Shown here piece after piece: positions 1-10,955 of a stretch of DNA of 64,000 bases (position 1 is its first letter; each line of letters starts with the position of its first letter). The notes beneath the pieces are model-generated. The model did not search any database, had not been told where the DNA came from, and saw only the letters and a list, made by a program, of their open reading frames with translations. A program made the position numbers and the translations under genes. This DNA comes from an uncultured virus (IMG/VR IMGVR_UViG_2617271265_000001) (Duplodnaviria; Heunggongvirae; Uroviricota; Caudoviricetes). Location: the IMG/VR virus record IMGVR_UViG_2617271265_000001; one strand, written 5' to 3'.

Positions 1-3000
1 TTACCATTGATAACCCACGCCGACGGAACCACCCACATCGCCCTGCGTATTGGCATTACCCTGTAGCTTCAGGATCACTTTACCGTTATCGCTGGCGCGG
101 GAATAGCCCACCGCCACGGCGCTTTGACCTTTGAAGGTACCGGCTGATGCCGCCACCATGGATTTACCCGGAATATATACTTGCGGTAAACCGGCTGCGG
201 CATTCGCACCGGCGATACCTGCGCGAAGATCTTTATTGTTGCGGTTGAGCCGGTTGTACACATCGCCCATGCTTTGTTTCAGCTGGCTGACGTTCACCGC
301 ATCGGTATCCGCCGAACCGCCTTTCACATTGTGGATCTGACGGGCTTCACCGTTATTGCCGGCAATGCTGATTCCGCTCTCGTTGGAAGAGATCGTAGTC
401 GCATTATTGCCGCTGCCGATTTTCACGGAATCGAATGTCGGGTTCATTGAGGTTGCAATGGCGACATCGTTGCCTTTGCGGGTGATCTCAATATTGTTAC
501 CGGCATTAATATTCACCGTATTACCGGCTTTCACTTTCGCCGCTTTCGTATCGCTGCTGTCGGTCACTTTACCGCTGCTGCCTTCAACTTTGGTAGAGTG
601 CAGATTCCAGCTGACATTGTTCACCGTATTGGCAACGGTGGTCGCATTCACCACGCTTGAACCGTCGGTCGGCGCCGCGACGGTGCCGTTGTCATTCACG
701 GTTAAATCCGTCGTTTTCACGTCATAAGACACGCTGGTGACGCCGTCTTTGGTGGTGACGTTGGCGGAGGTGCCTTTACCGTTCACATAGTTCACGCTGT
801 CACCCGGATTAATCAGCGAAGTGGAACCGTCGCTATTGGTTGTGCGCCAGCCGCTGTTGTTAATCGCGTTGATCACATCACCGGTGGTGGCAATCTTAGT
901 CGGTGTAATATCACCGGATGCCACGCCCGTGGTGGTATTGGTCGTGATATTGCCGGTATCCACGTTATATGTCACGTTAGTACCGTTCACTACCGCAACG
1001 GTGCCTGTGCCATTATTAAAGCTGACGGTCTGATTGCCGACGGTCGTCGCGTTGGCATCATCATTATTGCCCGTCAGTTTCCATTTCACCGATTCCGTCG
1101 CATTGGCAATATTATTGTTAATATTGGTGATGTTTTCTTTCAGCTGATCCACATTCACCGCATCCGTGCCGTTTGTACCGGCAGATACGTTGGTGATTTG
1201 GTTGCCGCCCATATCCACCGTTGAATTAGGCGCCACGCTGAAGTTATGTACCTGCGTGTCACCGGTCACCGTTAAGTTTTTAAAGGTGACGTTTTCTTTC
1301 GTTGCGTAGGTATAAGTCACATTGCCGTTGGCATCAACGCTTTGTGTCACCTGCATATTGTCGCCCGCTTCGAAATTCACCGCTTTACCCGGATTAATCA
1401 CGGTTTCGGTTGCGCCGCCGGTTGCGGTGGTCGAATTGGTGATCCAGCCGGACTTATTAATCGCATCAACCACATTGGTGGCGTTGACAAAATTAGAGCC
1501 GTCGGTGTTATCGGCAACTTTCACCGTTCCGTTCGGATTGGTGGTGACGTTACCGGCTAAGGCGTTCTTCACGTTGGTGGTATTCACACTTAAGTTTACG
1601 GAACCGTCGGTATTATTGGTTACGCTGACGGAATTATCGCCGGACACCAGATTCACATCAAAGGTCACATTCGAACCGCTGACATTGGATTTCGTACCGA
1701 CACCGTTGACAAAGTTCACCTGATCGCCGAATTTAATCTGCGCCGTTTCAGTCCCGGCGTTATTGCCGACTTTCCAATAACCGCTGTTCACCGCGTTGAT
1801 AATATCGGTCACGGTAGCAAAACCGTCATTACCCGCCACTAAAGCACCGTTGGTCGTGTTGCCAAAGGATCCGGTTTTTACCGATAAATCGTAAATCGTC
1901 TGACCGTTGGCGCCGGTAGAGTTGGTGACGTTTACGGTGTTATCTTTAGACGTCACTTCCGTTTTCGCCGCCGCAACGGATTTATTTAACTGATTCAGAT
2001 TCACCGCATCCGTACCGTTAGTGCCGTTTGCGACATTGGTAATGGTGGTGTTGCCTGCGTCAATGCCGGTTGAATTGATTGTCACCGGCCCGACCACTAC
2101 GCTGTCAAAACTTGAGTTCATATTGGTCGCGATAGAGATTTTATTCGCCGATTGGGTAACATTAATGTTTTTACCTGCATCAATCGTCACCACTTCACCC
2201 GCTTTAATCTGCTCTTCTGTCGTACCCGTTACATTACCGTCAGATTTTGAAGTCGTCAGATTCCAAGACACATTATTTACCGTATTGACAATATCACCCA
2301 CGGTCGCCACTTTATTTTCATCACCACTTTTCGCTGCGGCCGTACCATTGGCATTCACTTGCGAACCGCCGGTGATCACTTCCAGTTTACCGGTGGTGCT
2401 ATTGGTGTTAATGGTTGTGCCGTCGGTGTTGACCGCTAAGTCATAAATATTCGCACCGGTGGTGGCGTTTTGTGAAACATTGACCGTCACGGATTTATCT
2501 TTTGACGTCACTTCTTCTTTAGATGCCGCCACGGATTTATTTAACTGATCCAGATTCACCGCATCCGTGCCGTTGGTGCCCGCAGTCACATTGGTGATTT
2601 GCGTATTACCCGCGTCAATACCACTGGAATTAATCGTCACATTGCCGACTTTCACACTGTTAAAGTTGACATCATCGGTCGTGGACAGATTAAAGGTTGT
2701 CCCGTTTTGTACAATCTTGATATTTTTACCTGCATTATAAGTCACGGTTTCGCCGGCTTTCACTTTGGCGGTCGCATTGCCTTCCACCTCACCATTAGTG
2801 CCGTCAACTTTACCCGCAACGGTATTCCACGACACATTATTAATGGTGTTGACAATATCACCGATGGTCGCCACATCCGTAGTGTTGCTGCCGTCCTCAA
2901 CTTCGGCTGTACCGTTGTCATTAGTAGTGGTATTACCGCTCACCACTTCCAGCGCACCGGTGGTGCTGTTCGGTTTAATTGTCGTATTATCCGTATTCAC

Positions 3001-6000
3001 TTCAACGTTATAAACCGTCTGACCGTTTTTGCCGGTAGAGTTTGTGACATTAATGGTATTATTTGTTGAAGTCACTTCCGTTTTTGCAGCCGCCACGGAT
3101 GAGTTCAACTGACTAACATTCACCGCATCCGTTGCATTGGTACCCGCAGTGACATTAGTAATTTTGGTGTTACCTGCATCAATGCCTGTGGTGGAATTAA
3201 TCGTCACATTGCCGACTTTCACACTGTTAAAGCTCACATCATCTGCCGTGGCATAAGTAAAGGTACCGTTTTCCTGTTTCACTTTCAGGTTTTTACCCGC
3301 TTGGAATTTCAGGGTTTCACCGGCTTTCACTTTGTACTCAGATTTACCCTCCTGATCGGTAAAATCAGTTGCATCTGTGCCGATTGTCGCTACAAAAGAA
3401 GCATTGTTAATCGCATTGGTTACTGTGCTTGCATTAACCAGATTAGCGCCGTCGCCGCCGTCCACTTTTACTGTGCCGTTATCATTAACAGCCAGATTTG
3501 TGGTATTGGCAACGATTTTATCGCCGTCCGTTTTGATAGTGGAATTATCCACATTCACACTGTAGGACACGTTGGATACCGTACCGTTTTCGGTAACAGT
3601 CACATTCGCCACCGTATTGCTACCGTTAACAAAGTTAATCTGATCACCGGCTTTTACATCATCGACTTTAGTGCCGCTGTTATCACCCAGTTTCCAGGAT
3701 ACATTGTTCGCCACATTTACCAAAGTAGTGGCATTTACCAGCTGATCGCCGGCAGTCGCATTATTGGTAATATTCGGTACAACTGCTGTTCCGTTACCGT
3801 CCACAGTAGCATTACCGGTAATATTATTACGCACCTGAGTCTCGTTAACCGAAATATTGACATAACGGATATTGTCATTCGTTACCCCGGTAACATTAAC
3901 CGCACCTTCGCCAACAAATTTCACTTCATTGGCGTTTTTCACCGTATCGGTATAATTATTACCCAGAGCAGAAACCACCCAGCCCATATTCTGCAGATCA
4001 CGCACGGTGGCGGCGGAATTTAAGGTCGTTTCCGGTAAGTTGGTTAAATTCACTAAAGTCGAGCTACTTGCAGTTCCGTTCGGATTGGTATTAACGGTTT
4101 GTGTATTTAATACCGAACCTACACCGGTAATCTGTGTCGGCTTACCGTTAGTGGTAATATTCAGTGCGTTCACCGGCATATTGCTTGCATTATTGTTCGT
4201 AGCGTTTGTGGCCGCTTCCGCACTAAAGTTGACTGTCGGCGCACTGCTGTTTGCCACATTACCGACGGTCAGCGTGGTAGTATTCACATTATTAAATGTG
4301 ACATTATCTTCCGTAGCATAAGTGAAAGTACCGTTATCCTGTTTCACTTTCAGGTTTTTACCCGCTTGGAATGTCAGGGTTTCACCGGCTTTCACTTTGT
4401 AGCTGGATTTACCGTCCTGATCAGTAAAATCAGTTGCATCTTTGCCGATTGTCGCCACAAAGGAAGCGTTGTTAATCGCATTGGTTACTGTGCTTGCATT
4501 AACTAGATTCGAACCGTTAGCATCATCCACTTTTACCGTGCCGTTGTCATTTACCGTCAGATTAGTAGTGTTCGCAGTAACTTTGCCGTCATCACCGGTT
4601 TTAATAGTGGAATTATCCACATTTACACTGTAAGATACATTAGATACCGTACCGTCATCATTTACAGTCACATTCGACACGGTATTAGTACCGTTAATAA
4701 AATTCACCTGATCGCCGGCTTTTACATCATCAACTTTTTGAGCTGTGCTGTTACCCAGTTTCCAGGATACATTGTTAATCGTGTTAACAATATCACCGAC
4801 TGTTGCCACACTGCTTACGTTACTACCATTCGCTACAGCTGCGGTACCGTTAGTATTGGTTGTGGTGTTACCTGTTACCACTTCCAATGCGCCAGTCGTA
4901 GAATTTGGCTTAATGGTTGTATTATCCGTATTCACTTCAACGTTATAAATAGTCTGACCTTTATCACCTGTCGAACTGGTAACATTAACGGTATTGTTCG
5001 CTGAGGTTACTTCAGTTTTGGTTGCATTTAACTGGCTGAGATTTACCGCATCCGTTGCATTAGTGCCGTTAGATACGTTGGTAATTGTCGTATTGCCTGC
5101 GTCAATGCCGGTTGTATTGTTAATTTTTACCGGGCCGACAGTTAAGGTATCATTAACCGTCACGTTGGTAAATGTTGGTGTCGCGCTGACGGAATAAGTA
5201 AAGTTCTGGCCATCCTGCTTAATCACCATATTGTCACCGGCTAATAGAGTAACGGTCTCGCCGGCTTTAACCTGTTCATCGGATTTAGTACCGGCTTGAG
5301 TACCCGTACCGTTGGTGCCTGAAGTGATATTCCAAGACACATTATTCATGGTATTAACAATATCGCCGATAGTCGCCACATCCGTATTATTGCTGCCGTC
5401 CGCCACTTTCGCCGTGCCATTACTATTGGTTGTGGTGTTACCGCTAACTACTTCCAGCGCGCCGGTGCTGCTGTTAGTGTTAATGGTTTTACCGTCCGCA
5501 TTGACTTCAACATTATAAATCGTCTGCCCCTCTGTACCGGTAGAGTTCGTTACCGTCACAGTTTGGTTTGCTGACTTCACTTCCGTTTTAGTTGAATTTA
5601 ACTGGCTGAGATTCACCGCATCCGTTGCGTTAGTGCCGTTTGCAACATTGGTAATGGTGGTGTTACCTGCATCAATACCTGTGGTGGAATTAATTGTTAC
5701 ATTGCCGACTTTAACGTTCTCAAAACTTACATTATCTTCCGTAGCATAAGTAAAGGCGCCATTTTCCTGTTTCACTTTCAGGTTCTTACCTGCTTGGAAT
5801 ACCAGAGTTTCACCGGCTTTTACCGTATAATTAGATTTACCGTCCTGATTAGCAAAAGTCGTCGTATTGGTGCCGATTGTCGCCACAAATGAGGCATTGT
5901 TAATGGCGTTAATCACGGTGCTGGCATTCACCAGATTTGACCCGTTTCCATTGTCATCAACTTTTACCGTACCGTTATTATTTACTGTCAGATTAGTAGT

Positions 6001-8949
6001 ATTTGCCGTAACGTTGCCGTCATCACCGGTTTTAATGGTGGAGTTATCCACTTTCACACTGTAAGACACATTGGATACCGTATTGTTTTCGGTAACAGTC
6101 ACATTCGACACCGTATTGGTACCGTTAACAAAATTCACCTGATCACCGGCTTTTACATCATCAACTTTAGTGCCGCTATTATTACCCAGTTTCCAGGATA
6201 CATTATTTACATAATCCGTTAGATTATTCGCAACCATATAAAGCTGTGAACCGTTAATCGCTTCGGTAGAGCCGGCAGTGATATTCCCCGCCGCAACATT
6301 GATAATTTTGCGTTCATCACCTTTAGCACCAATGCTGACATATTCGCCGGAATCTACGCTGGTACCGGCAAATCCAGTATAAGTAATATTATTTACCGTT
6401 GCGGTAGTACAACCGACCACCGACGCATCGCCTTGAGAAGAATCCCCCAAGATCACGGAATCTTTGGTTGTCGCATTCACATTGTTACCCAGCACGCTGG
6501 TATTTTGTGCAGCCGAAGAAATGGTATTGTTGTTACCAATGGCACTGGAATTCACGCCGGATACATTGTTGCTGCTGCCAATCGCAATAGACTGTGTGCC
6601 TGAAGCGTTCGCCTCTTTACCGATAGCAATACTGCTATCTTTGCTCGCATTGGCGTGATACCCCTGAGCGATGGCACTTTCCCCGCTTGCGTTTGCATTA
6701 TTACCCAGCGCAATGGTGCTTTCATTGCTTGCCTTGGCATAATAGCCGCCGGCAAAAGCATAATCGCTGCTTGCATTAGCATAACTGCCCACAGCTGAAG
6801 AATAATTTGCCGAAGCATTGGCATTACCGCCTAATGCCGATGAATAGTCTGCTGAAGCATTTGCATTTGCGCCCAGTGCTGCCGACTGAATGCCGCCGGC
6901 TTTTGCCTGACTACCGATAGCCGTTGCATAATCCTTTGTAGCCTTAGCATAATAACCCATGCTTACCGTGCTGTTTCCTGTCGCCTCCCCTTGATAACCG
7001 ACATTTACCGCACCGGTGCCGGTGCTGTTACCGGCAAGCGCAATAGCAGAATTTCCTGTGGCATTGGCTTTATTCCCCACCGCAACCGCGTTATCACCAT
7101 CGGCATTGGTATGAATACCGAATGCCAACGCGCCTCCTTGGCTGCTTGTATTAGCTGAGTTATTCGTATTAGTTTTAGCACCATAACCGACCGCAATATC
7201 ATCATTCATTGTTGCATTAGACAATTCACCGATTGCAACCGTTCTTAATCCGGCTGCTTTAGATTCATTACCAATAGAAACACTGCCTATACCGGACGCA
7301 GTCGAATTAATCCCGATAGCCGTTGCATTAGCACCGCTAGCATTAGCCGCAACGCCGGCAGCTAATGCATTAACGCCTGTAGCACCATCATTTTTATAGT
7401 TAGCTTGCTGTGTGCCATTATCATTCACACTATAGTAATGCACGCCAGTTGAAGATATGGTGAAATTACCGTTGCTTTGCGTAATATTAATATTATCCCC
7501 GGCAATAAAGGTCACGGTGTCACCCGGATTAATCAATTCATTGCTTGAACCGGTATTATTCCCCGTTCCGGTTTTGTTAGAAGTTGCATACCAACCCGCA
7601 CTTTGCACCGCAGCAGCCACATCAGCAACCGTTGCCACACCGGTCTGGCTGGTATTGGCAACTACCGTACCGTCAGTTGTAGTATTAAAGCTGCCTTGTT
7701 TAACATTTACCGTTACCGTTGCATTAACGCCTCCGTCTTTCGCAGCGGCAACAACTTCGGTTAAATTACCATCTTTAAATTGGATATGAGAATTATTATT
7801 AATACGAGCAACAGAGCTATCACTCGTGTTATGCACATTAAAGCCCATATAATTTAAAACATGATAAAGCTGTGAACCGTTAATCGCATCGGTAGAATTT
7901 TCTGTCACCCGACCTGCTGCCACATATTGAATCTGGCGTTCGGAATCTGCTGCCCCAATAGCCAATACACTGGTACCATTGGCTTGGCTTGCAGCCATTA
8001 ATTTATTGGAATCAGTAGTCGGTATTGTTACCGCCTTATAAGTTCCGGCATATTCCTTGGTTTCATTCACCCCTGAAGCATTTAAAAAGGTCACATTGGT
8101 GGAAGATTGTTCATTATTAAATGCCCCTGCCACCGATTTCGCCCCTAACGCCACCGATAGCGCAGAAGTATTGCTGACTGAAGACGACTGACCAATAGCA
8201 ACGCTCAAATCGCCATAAGCATGGCTACGGGTACCAATAGAAACAGAACCATGACCTTCAGACTGAGCAATATCAATTGTCGGAATATTTATACCATTCT
8301 TTAATGTTCGACCACTTCCTTGAGTAGTATTTGCCCCAGATGAACGTCCGATAGCAATAGATCCTGCTTTTGACGTTGCCGCCATCACCCCTTGCGCTAT
8401 AGAGCTGTTCTCTGTTGCTTTAGAAAATGCGCCTATGGCTAATGCATATTCGCCTTCCGAATAAGCCCCGTTACCAATCGCAGTACTAGGAGAGGTTGCA
8501 CCTCCAGCCTTACCTTTTGTATTCGCCGTTGCACCAGCACCAAATGCCAGTGAGTCAGCACCGGCAAAAGCATCTAAACCAACAGATACACCACTTCCTA
8601 CCGCAGTGGAACTAGAACCAATTGCTATACCGCCGGAAGTAGTCCCCCCTGTACTATCTGAGGTAGAAACTGTCGAAGTATTAACAACCTGAGACCCTTT
8701 ACCAATTGCAACTTCCATATCAACATCGGTTGAACTTGTTACCTCACCAGCAATATTCATTGCCGTTGCCGCAACAGCCGCCCCGCCGATTAAACAGCCG
8801 CCCGTCGCCGCAACGGAAAGCGCCAACACCGCAACGCCTTTTTTCCGGCCGGAAGAGGATTTCGTTTTCCCTTTCGCTTTATCTAATTCCGAAACAGCAA
8901 CCCAGGTTTGTGTAGCATGATTCCAAATTACTTTAAAAATTTTGTTCAT
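1..8949 (-). CDS. Trimeric autotransporter adhesin (Hia/Hsf/YadA-like), ~2982 aa
   Basis: Starts MNKIFKVIWNHATQTWVAVSEL (extended signal peptide). Has YadA-like head repeats (AIG/ALG), neck motifs (TDAVNxxQL), repeated stalk blocks and a C-terminal anchor ending GVGYQW. Start taken at ATG 8949, not the ORF-track 8991. Confidence 0.96.
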   Translation of the reverse strand: MNKIFKVIWNHATQTWVAVSELDKAKGKTKSSSGRKKGVAVLALSVAATGGCLIGGAAVAATAMNIAGEVTSSTDVDMEVAIGKGSQVVNTSTVSTSDSTGGTTSGGIAIGSSSTAVGSGVSVGLDAFAGADSLAFGAGATANTKGKAGGATSPSTAIGNGAYSEGEYALAIGAFSKATENSSIAQGVMAATSKAGSIAIGRSSGANTTQGSGRTLKNGINIPTIDIAQSEGHGSVSIGTRSHAYGDLSVAIGQSSSVSNTSALSVALGAKSVAGAFNNEQSSTNVTFLNASGVNETKEYAGTYKAVTIPTTDSNKLMAASQANGTSVLAIGAADSERQIQYVAAGRVTENSTDAINGSQLYHVLNYMGFNVHNTSDSSVARINNNSHIQFKDGNLTEVVAAAKDGGVNATVTVNVKQGSFNTTTDGTVVANTSQTGVATVADVAAAVQSAGWYATSNKTGTGNNTGSSNELINPGDTVTFIAGDNINITQSNGNFTISSTGVHYYSVNDNGTQQANYKNDGATGVNALAAGVAANASGANATAIGINSTASGIGSVSIGNESKAAGLRTVAIGELSNATMNDDIAVGYGAKTNTNNSANTSSQGGALAFGIHTNADGDNAVAVGNKANATGNSAIALAGNSTGTGAVNVGYQGEATGNSTVSMGYYAKATKDYATAIGSQAKAGGIQSAALGANANASADYSSALGGNANASANYSSAVGSYANASSDYAFAGGYYAKASNESTIALGNNANASGESAIAQGYHANASKDSSIAIGKEANASGTQSIAIGSSNNVSGVNSSAIGNNNTISSAAQNTSVLGNNVNATTKDSVILGDSSQGDASVVGCTTATVNNITYTGFAGTSVDSGEYVSIGAKGDERKIINVAAGNITAGSTEAINGSQLYMVANNLTDYVNNVSWKLGNNSGTKVDDVKAGDQVNFVNGTNTVSNVTVTENNTVSNVSYSVKVDNSTIKTGDDGNVTANTTNLTVNNNGTVKVDDNGNGSNLVNASTVINAINNASFVATIGTNTTTFANQDGKSNYTVKAGETLVFQAGKNLKVKQENGAFTYATEDNVSFENVKVGNVTINSTTGIDAGNTTITNVANGTNATDAVNLSQLNSTKTEVKSANQTVTVTNSTGTEGQTIYNVEVNADGKTINTNSSTGALEVVSGNTTTNSNGTAKVADGSNNTDVATIGDIVNTMNNVSWNITSGTNGTGTQAGTKSDEQVKAGETVTLLAGDNMVIKQDGQNFTYSVSATPTFTNVTVNDTLTVGPVKINNTTGIDAGNTTITNVSNGTNATDAVNLSQLNATKTEVTSANNTVNVTSSTGDKGQTIYNVEVNTDNTTIKPNSTTGALEVVTGNTTTNTNGTAAVANGSNVSSVATVGDIVNTINNVSWKLGNSTAQKVDDVKAGDQVNFINGTNTVSNVTVNDDGTVSNVSYSVNVDNSTIKTGDDGKVTANTTNLTVNDNGTVKVDDANGSNLVNASTVTNAINNASFVATIGKDATDFTDQDGKSSYKVKAGETLTFQAGKNLKVKQDNGTFTYATEDNVTFNNVNTTTLTVGNVANSSAPTVNFSAEAATNATNNNASNMPVNALNITTNGKPTQITGVGSVLNTQTVNTNPNGTASSSTLVNLTNLPETTLNSAATVRDLQNMGWVVSALGNNYTDTVKNANEVKFVGEGAVNVTGVTNDNIRYVNISVNETQVRNNITGNATVDGNGTAVVPNITNNATAGDQLVNATTLVNVANNVSWKLGDNSGTKVDDVKAGDQINFVNGSNTVANVTVTENGTVSNVSYSVNVDNSTIKTDGDKIVANTTNLAVNDNGTVKVDGGDGANLVNASTVTNAINNASFVATIGTDATDFTDQEGKSEYKVKAGETLKFQAGKNLKVKQENGTFTYATADDVSFNSVKVGNVTINSTTGIDAGNTKITNVTAGTNATDAVNVSQLNSSVAAAKTEVTSTNNTINVTNSTGKNGQTVYNVEVNTDNTTIKPNSTTGALEVVSGNTTTNDNGTAEVEDGSNTTDVATIGDIVNTINNVSWNTVAGKVDGTNGEVEGNATAKVKAGETVTYNAGKNIKIVQNGTTFNLSTTDDVNFNSVKVGNVTINSSGIDAGNTQITNVTAGTNGTDAVNLDQLNKSVAASKEEVTSKDKSVTVNVSQNATTGANIYDLAVNTDGTTINTNSTTGKLEVITGGSQVNANGTAAAKSGDENKVATVGDIVNTVNNVSWNLTTSKSDGNVTGTTEEQIKAGEVVTIDAGKNINVTQSANKISIATNMNSSFDSVVVGPVTINSTGIDAGNTTITNVANGTNGTDAVNLNQLNKSVAAAKTEVTSKDNTVNVTNSTGANGQTIYDLSVKTGSFGNTTNGALVAGNDGFATVTDIINAVNSGYWKVGNNAGTETAQIKFGDQVNFVNGVGTKSNVSGSNVTFDVNLVSGDNSVSVTNNTDGSVNLSVNTTNVKNALAGNVTTNPNGTVKVADNTDGSNFVNATNVVDAINKSGWITNSTTATGGATETVINPGKAVNFEAGDNMQVTQSVDANGNVTYTYATKENVTFKNLTVTGDTQVHNFSVAPNSTVDMGGNQITNVSAGTNGTDAVNVDQLKENITNINNNIANATESVKWKLTGNNDDANATTVGNQTVSFNNGTGTVAVVNGTNVTYNVDTGNITTNTTTGVASGDITPTKIATTGDVINAINNSGWRTTNSDGSTSLINPGDSVNYVNGKGTSANVTTKDGVTSVSYDVKTTDLTVNDNGTVAAPTDGSSVVNATTVANTVNNVSWNLHSTKVEGSSGKVTDSSDTKAAKVKAGNTVNINAGNNIEITRKGNDVAIATSMNPTFDSVKIGSGNNATTISSNESGISIAGNNGEARQIHNVKGGSADTDAVNVSQLKQSMGDVYNRLNRNNKDLRAGIAGANAAAGLPQVYIPGKSMVAASAGTFKGQSAVAVGYSRASDNGKVILKLQGNANTQGDVGGSVGVGYQW

Positions 8950-9537
8950 TATATGATCCTTAATTGAGATAAAAGTGAGAGCGCGCCGCATGTACCGGAG
9001 GGAGTGAAGACTAAACCTTCCCTGTTTTTATCCTTTTACATTGAAATGCCTGATGATGTTTTGAGGATATGATTTTTACGCTGAGGATAACACGATGACT
9101 AACTCTAAAATCCCTGCCATATTATAGACAATTAGTTTTTATTCAATTAAGAACACCAATATTTGCACTTCTTTACATAACCTGAAACAGATTTTAGAAA
9201 TCATGCGTTTCTTATTCATTTAAATGAATTTTTTTCATTTTAATTGACACAATTCAGCACCGAATCCCCCCAGAAAAAGCCACACCCCACCGCTCGAATT
9301 TCCGCCTTAACGAAGGTTCCGGGCAATCAGTCATTACCTTGCGGATTTCGCTAACCCCGCTTATTATTTTGATAAAAGTGCGGTCAATAAATTCCTGGTT
9401 TTCTCTCAATTATGTCCGCACTTTTAAAGGATACCCGCTCTGATTTTTAAGTTATCGGAAGAACATCCGAGCGGGTTGGATAGTAAAAATTAACGTTAAA
9501 AGATTGACTAATGGATTAGCGCTTCGTTTTTGATAGT

Positions 9538-9648
9538 TTAGAGTTTGAGGCTCTGCATCCATTTAAAGATGGTAACGGCAGAATAGGAAGAATGTTAATT
9601 ACTTTAATGTTATGGTCTTCTAAGCAAATATCGGTACCTCATTATTTT
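9538..9648 (+). pseudogene. Fic-domain gene fragment
   Basis: Translates [25 protein letters not shown], containing the HPFxDGNGRxxR Fic motif. No start codon; in-frame stop upstream at 9517. Confidence 0.8.
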
Positions 9649-9845
9649 AGTGCAAACATTGATTGAGATAGTTTTAAACTTTCTCGAATTGCTTTGATTT
9701 CGCTTGCTTTCATCTCAAGCAGTTCCGGGCGGTTTAGTGTGTAACTGGGTAACTCGATTTTGCCTTTTTGGTGCGCTTGAATTTCTTTTAAGCCTGTCAT
9801 CAGTGCTTTTTGTTGTTCATTGCTCAAGTCGTCAATCTCGCTTTT
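9642..9845 (-). pseudogene. Truncated XRE/HigA-2-like antitoxin, apparently fused to a toxin C-terminal remnant
   Basis: LMTGLKEIQAHQKGKIEL...[19 protein letters not shown] stops in the middle of the HTH. It is preceded in frame by KSEIDDLSNEQQKAL, which resembles HigB-2/RelE toxin C-termini. Confidence 0.6.
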
Positions 9846-9868
9846 TTGGTGGGTTAGGCAAGCAGGAA

Positions 9869-9889
9869 AAGGGGCGTTATTGCCCCATT
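9869..9889 (-). terminator. Intrinsic terminator downstream of the TA operon
   Basis: GGGGC-AATAAC-GCCCC followed by TTTT on the minus strand. Confidence 0.55.
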
Positions 9890-9970
9890 TATGTGGATTG
9901 TTGAGCTTGTGCAGTTTTGACTTGTAAGATTAACTCAATATTCAACACATTTAGAATTTTGCGGATTGTT

Positions 9971-10315
9971 TCAAATCTTGGCTTTTGGCTTGATACTGAA
10001 CATCAACTCATAACCTAAAGCCTGCGCTAAACGTTGCATAGTGCTAAATTTAGGCTCGGTTTTGCCAGATAACGTTCTGTAAAGGTTTTCCCGCGCAATG
10101 CCCGCTTTTGCGGCTGTTTGCGTCATTCCTTTCGCTCTTGCCACCGTTTTAAAGGCTTGTAGAATTTCTGCCTGATTTGCAGTTTCTAACGCATTTTTCA
10201 AATAAAGCTCGGTTAATGCTTCATCTTCGTTTAAATATTCTGCTGCATCAAATTGGCTGACTTGTAGATCCTCTTCGTCTAACTCAATGCCATTTACGAT
10301 GATTGTCTTTCCCAT
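9971..10315 (-). CDS. Addiction-module antidote protein (HI1420-like HTH antitoxin)
   Basis: FDAAEYL...VARAKGMTQTAAKAGIARENLYRTLSGKTEPKFST motif; GGGGA RBS. Confidence 0.88.
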   Translation of the reverse strand: MGKTIIVNGIELDEEDLQVSQFDAAEYLNEDEALTELYLKNALETANQAEILQAFKTVARAKGMTQTAAKAGIARENLYRTLSGKTEPKFSTMQRLAQALGYELMFSIKPKAKI

Positions 10316-10331
10316 TATATCCCCCTATTGC

Positions 10332-10649
10332 TCATTTAAGTGTTGGTTTGAGTAGCTGGCATATCGCTTTAGCTTTCTCTATGTCAGTTTGTTGCGTAGA
10401 TTTATCTCCGCCGCAAAGTAGCCAATACGTTACCCCATTTTGCTGGGTAAAATAGACCCGATAGCCTTTGCCTACAAATACTCTCATTTCATACACGCCA
10501 TTGCCTACGCTTTTATGATCCCCTAGATTCCCTTGTTCTGCTCGTTCTATGCGTTTTAATATGGCTTCTTTGGCGATTAAGTCTTTTAGGGATTTTAGCC
10601 ATTTTCTAAAGCCGCTAAGTTGATAAACAGTAATGGCGTTATTGTTTAT
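10332..10649 (-). CDS. Addiction-module killer toxin (HI1419-like, RelE/HigB fold), 105 codons, ATA at the start position
   Basis: Manual translation: FRKWLKSLKD...GNLGDHKSVGNGVYEMRVFVGKGYRVYF...LLCGGDKSTQQTDIEKAK. Absent from the ORF track because no ATG/GTG/TTG lies upstream in frame. Confidence 0.8.
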   Translation of the reverse strand: MNNNAITVYQLSGFRKWLKSLKDLIAKEAILKRIERAEQGNLGDHKSVGNGVYEMRVFVGKGYRVYFTQQNGVTYWLLCGGDKSTQQTDIEKAKAICQLLKPTLK

Positions 10650-10660
10650 TTCTTTCCTTG

Positions 10661-10708
10661 TGTATCAAACATGACTACATTGTATCAAATAGGATTACAT
10701 TGTATCAA
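10661..10708. promoter_or_regulatory. Operator-like 20-bp-period repeat upstream of the TA operon
   Basis: TGTATCAA at 10661, 10681 and 10701. The first two units are imperfect palindromes TGTA...TACA. Confidence 0.55.
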
Positions 10709-10955
10709 GATTATATTTTGCAAAGTTTCACCTATGGATCAGTGTGAAGATTTCCAGCACAAAAAAATAAAAAAAGTGTATATATAATAGAAAAACACCG
10801 GGTACACTTTACCATAGCGTTTAAATGACCGGAGTGAACTGTACTGTTTCGAAAATGAGAAAAGTAGACAATAACGTGAGAGGAAGATTCAACAAACACA
10901 TCATAAGTTACGAGTAGCAAAAGTACGATAAAGCCTTATAAAATGCAGAAAAAAC

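Noticed and set aside
75..8915. Numerous short ORFs overlapping the adhesin
   Set aside because: Shadow ORFs caused by the repetitive, codon-biased adhesin sequence.
10732..10920. 62-aa minus-strand ORF
   Set aside because: No RBS or recognisable motif; likely spurious in AT-rich intergenic DNA.
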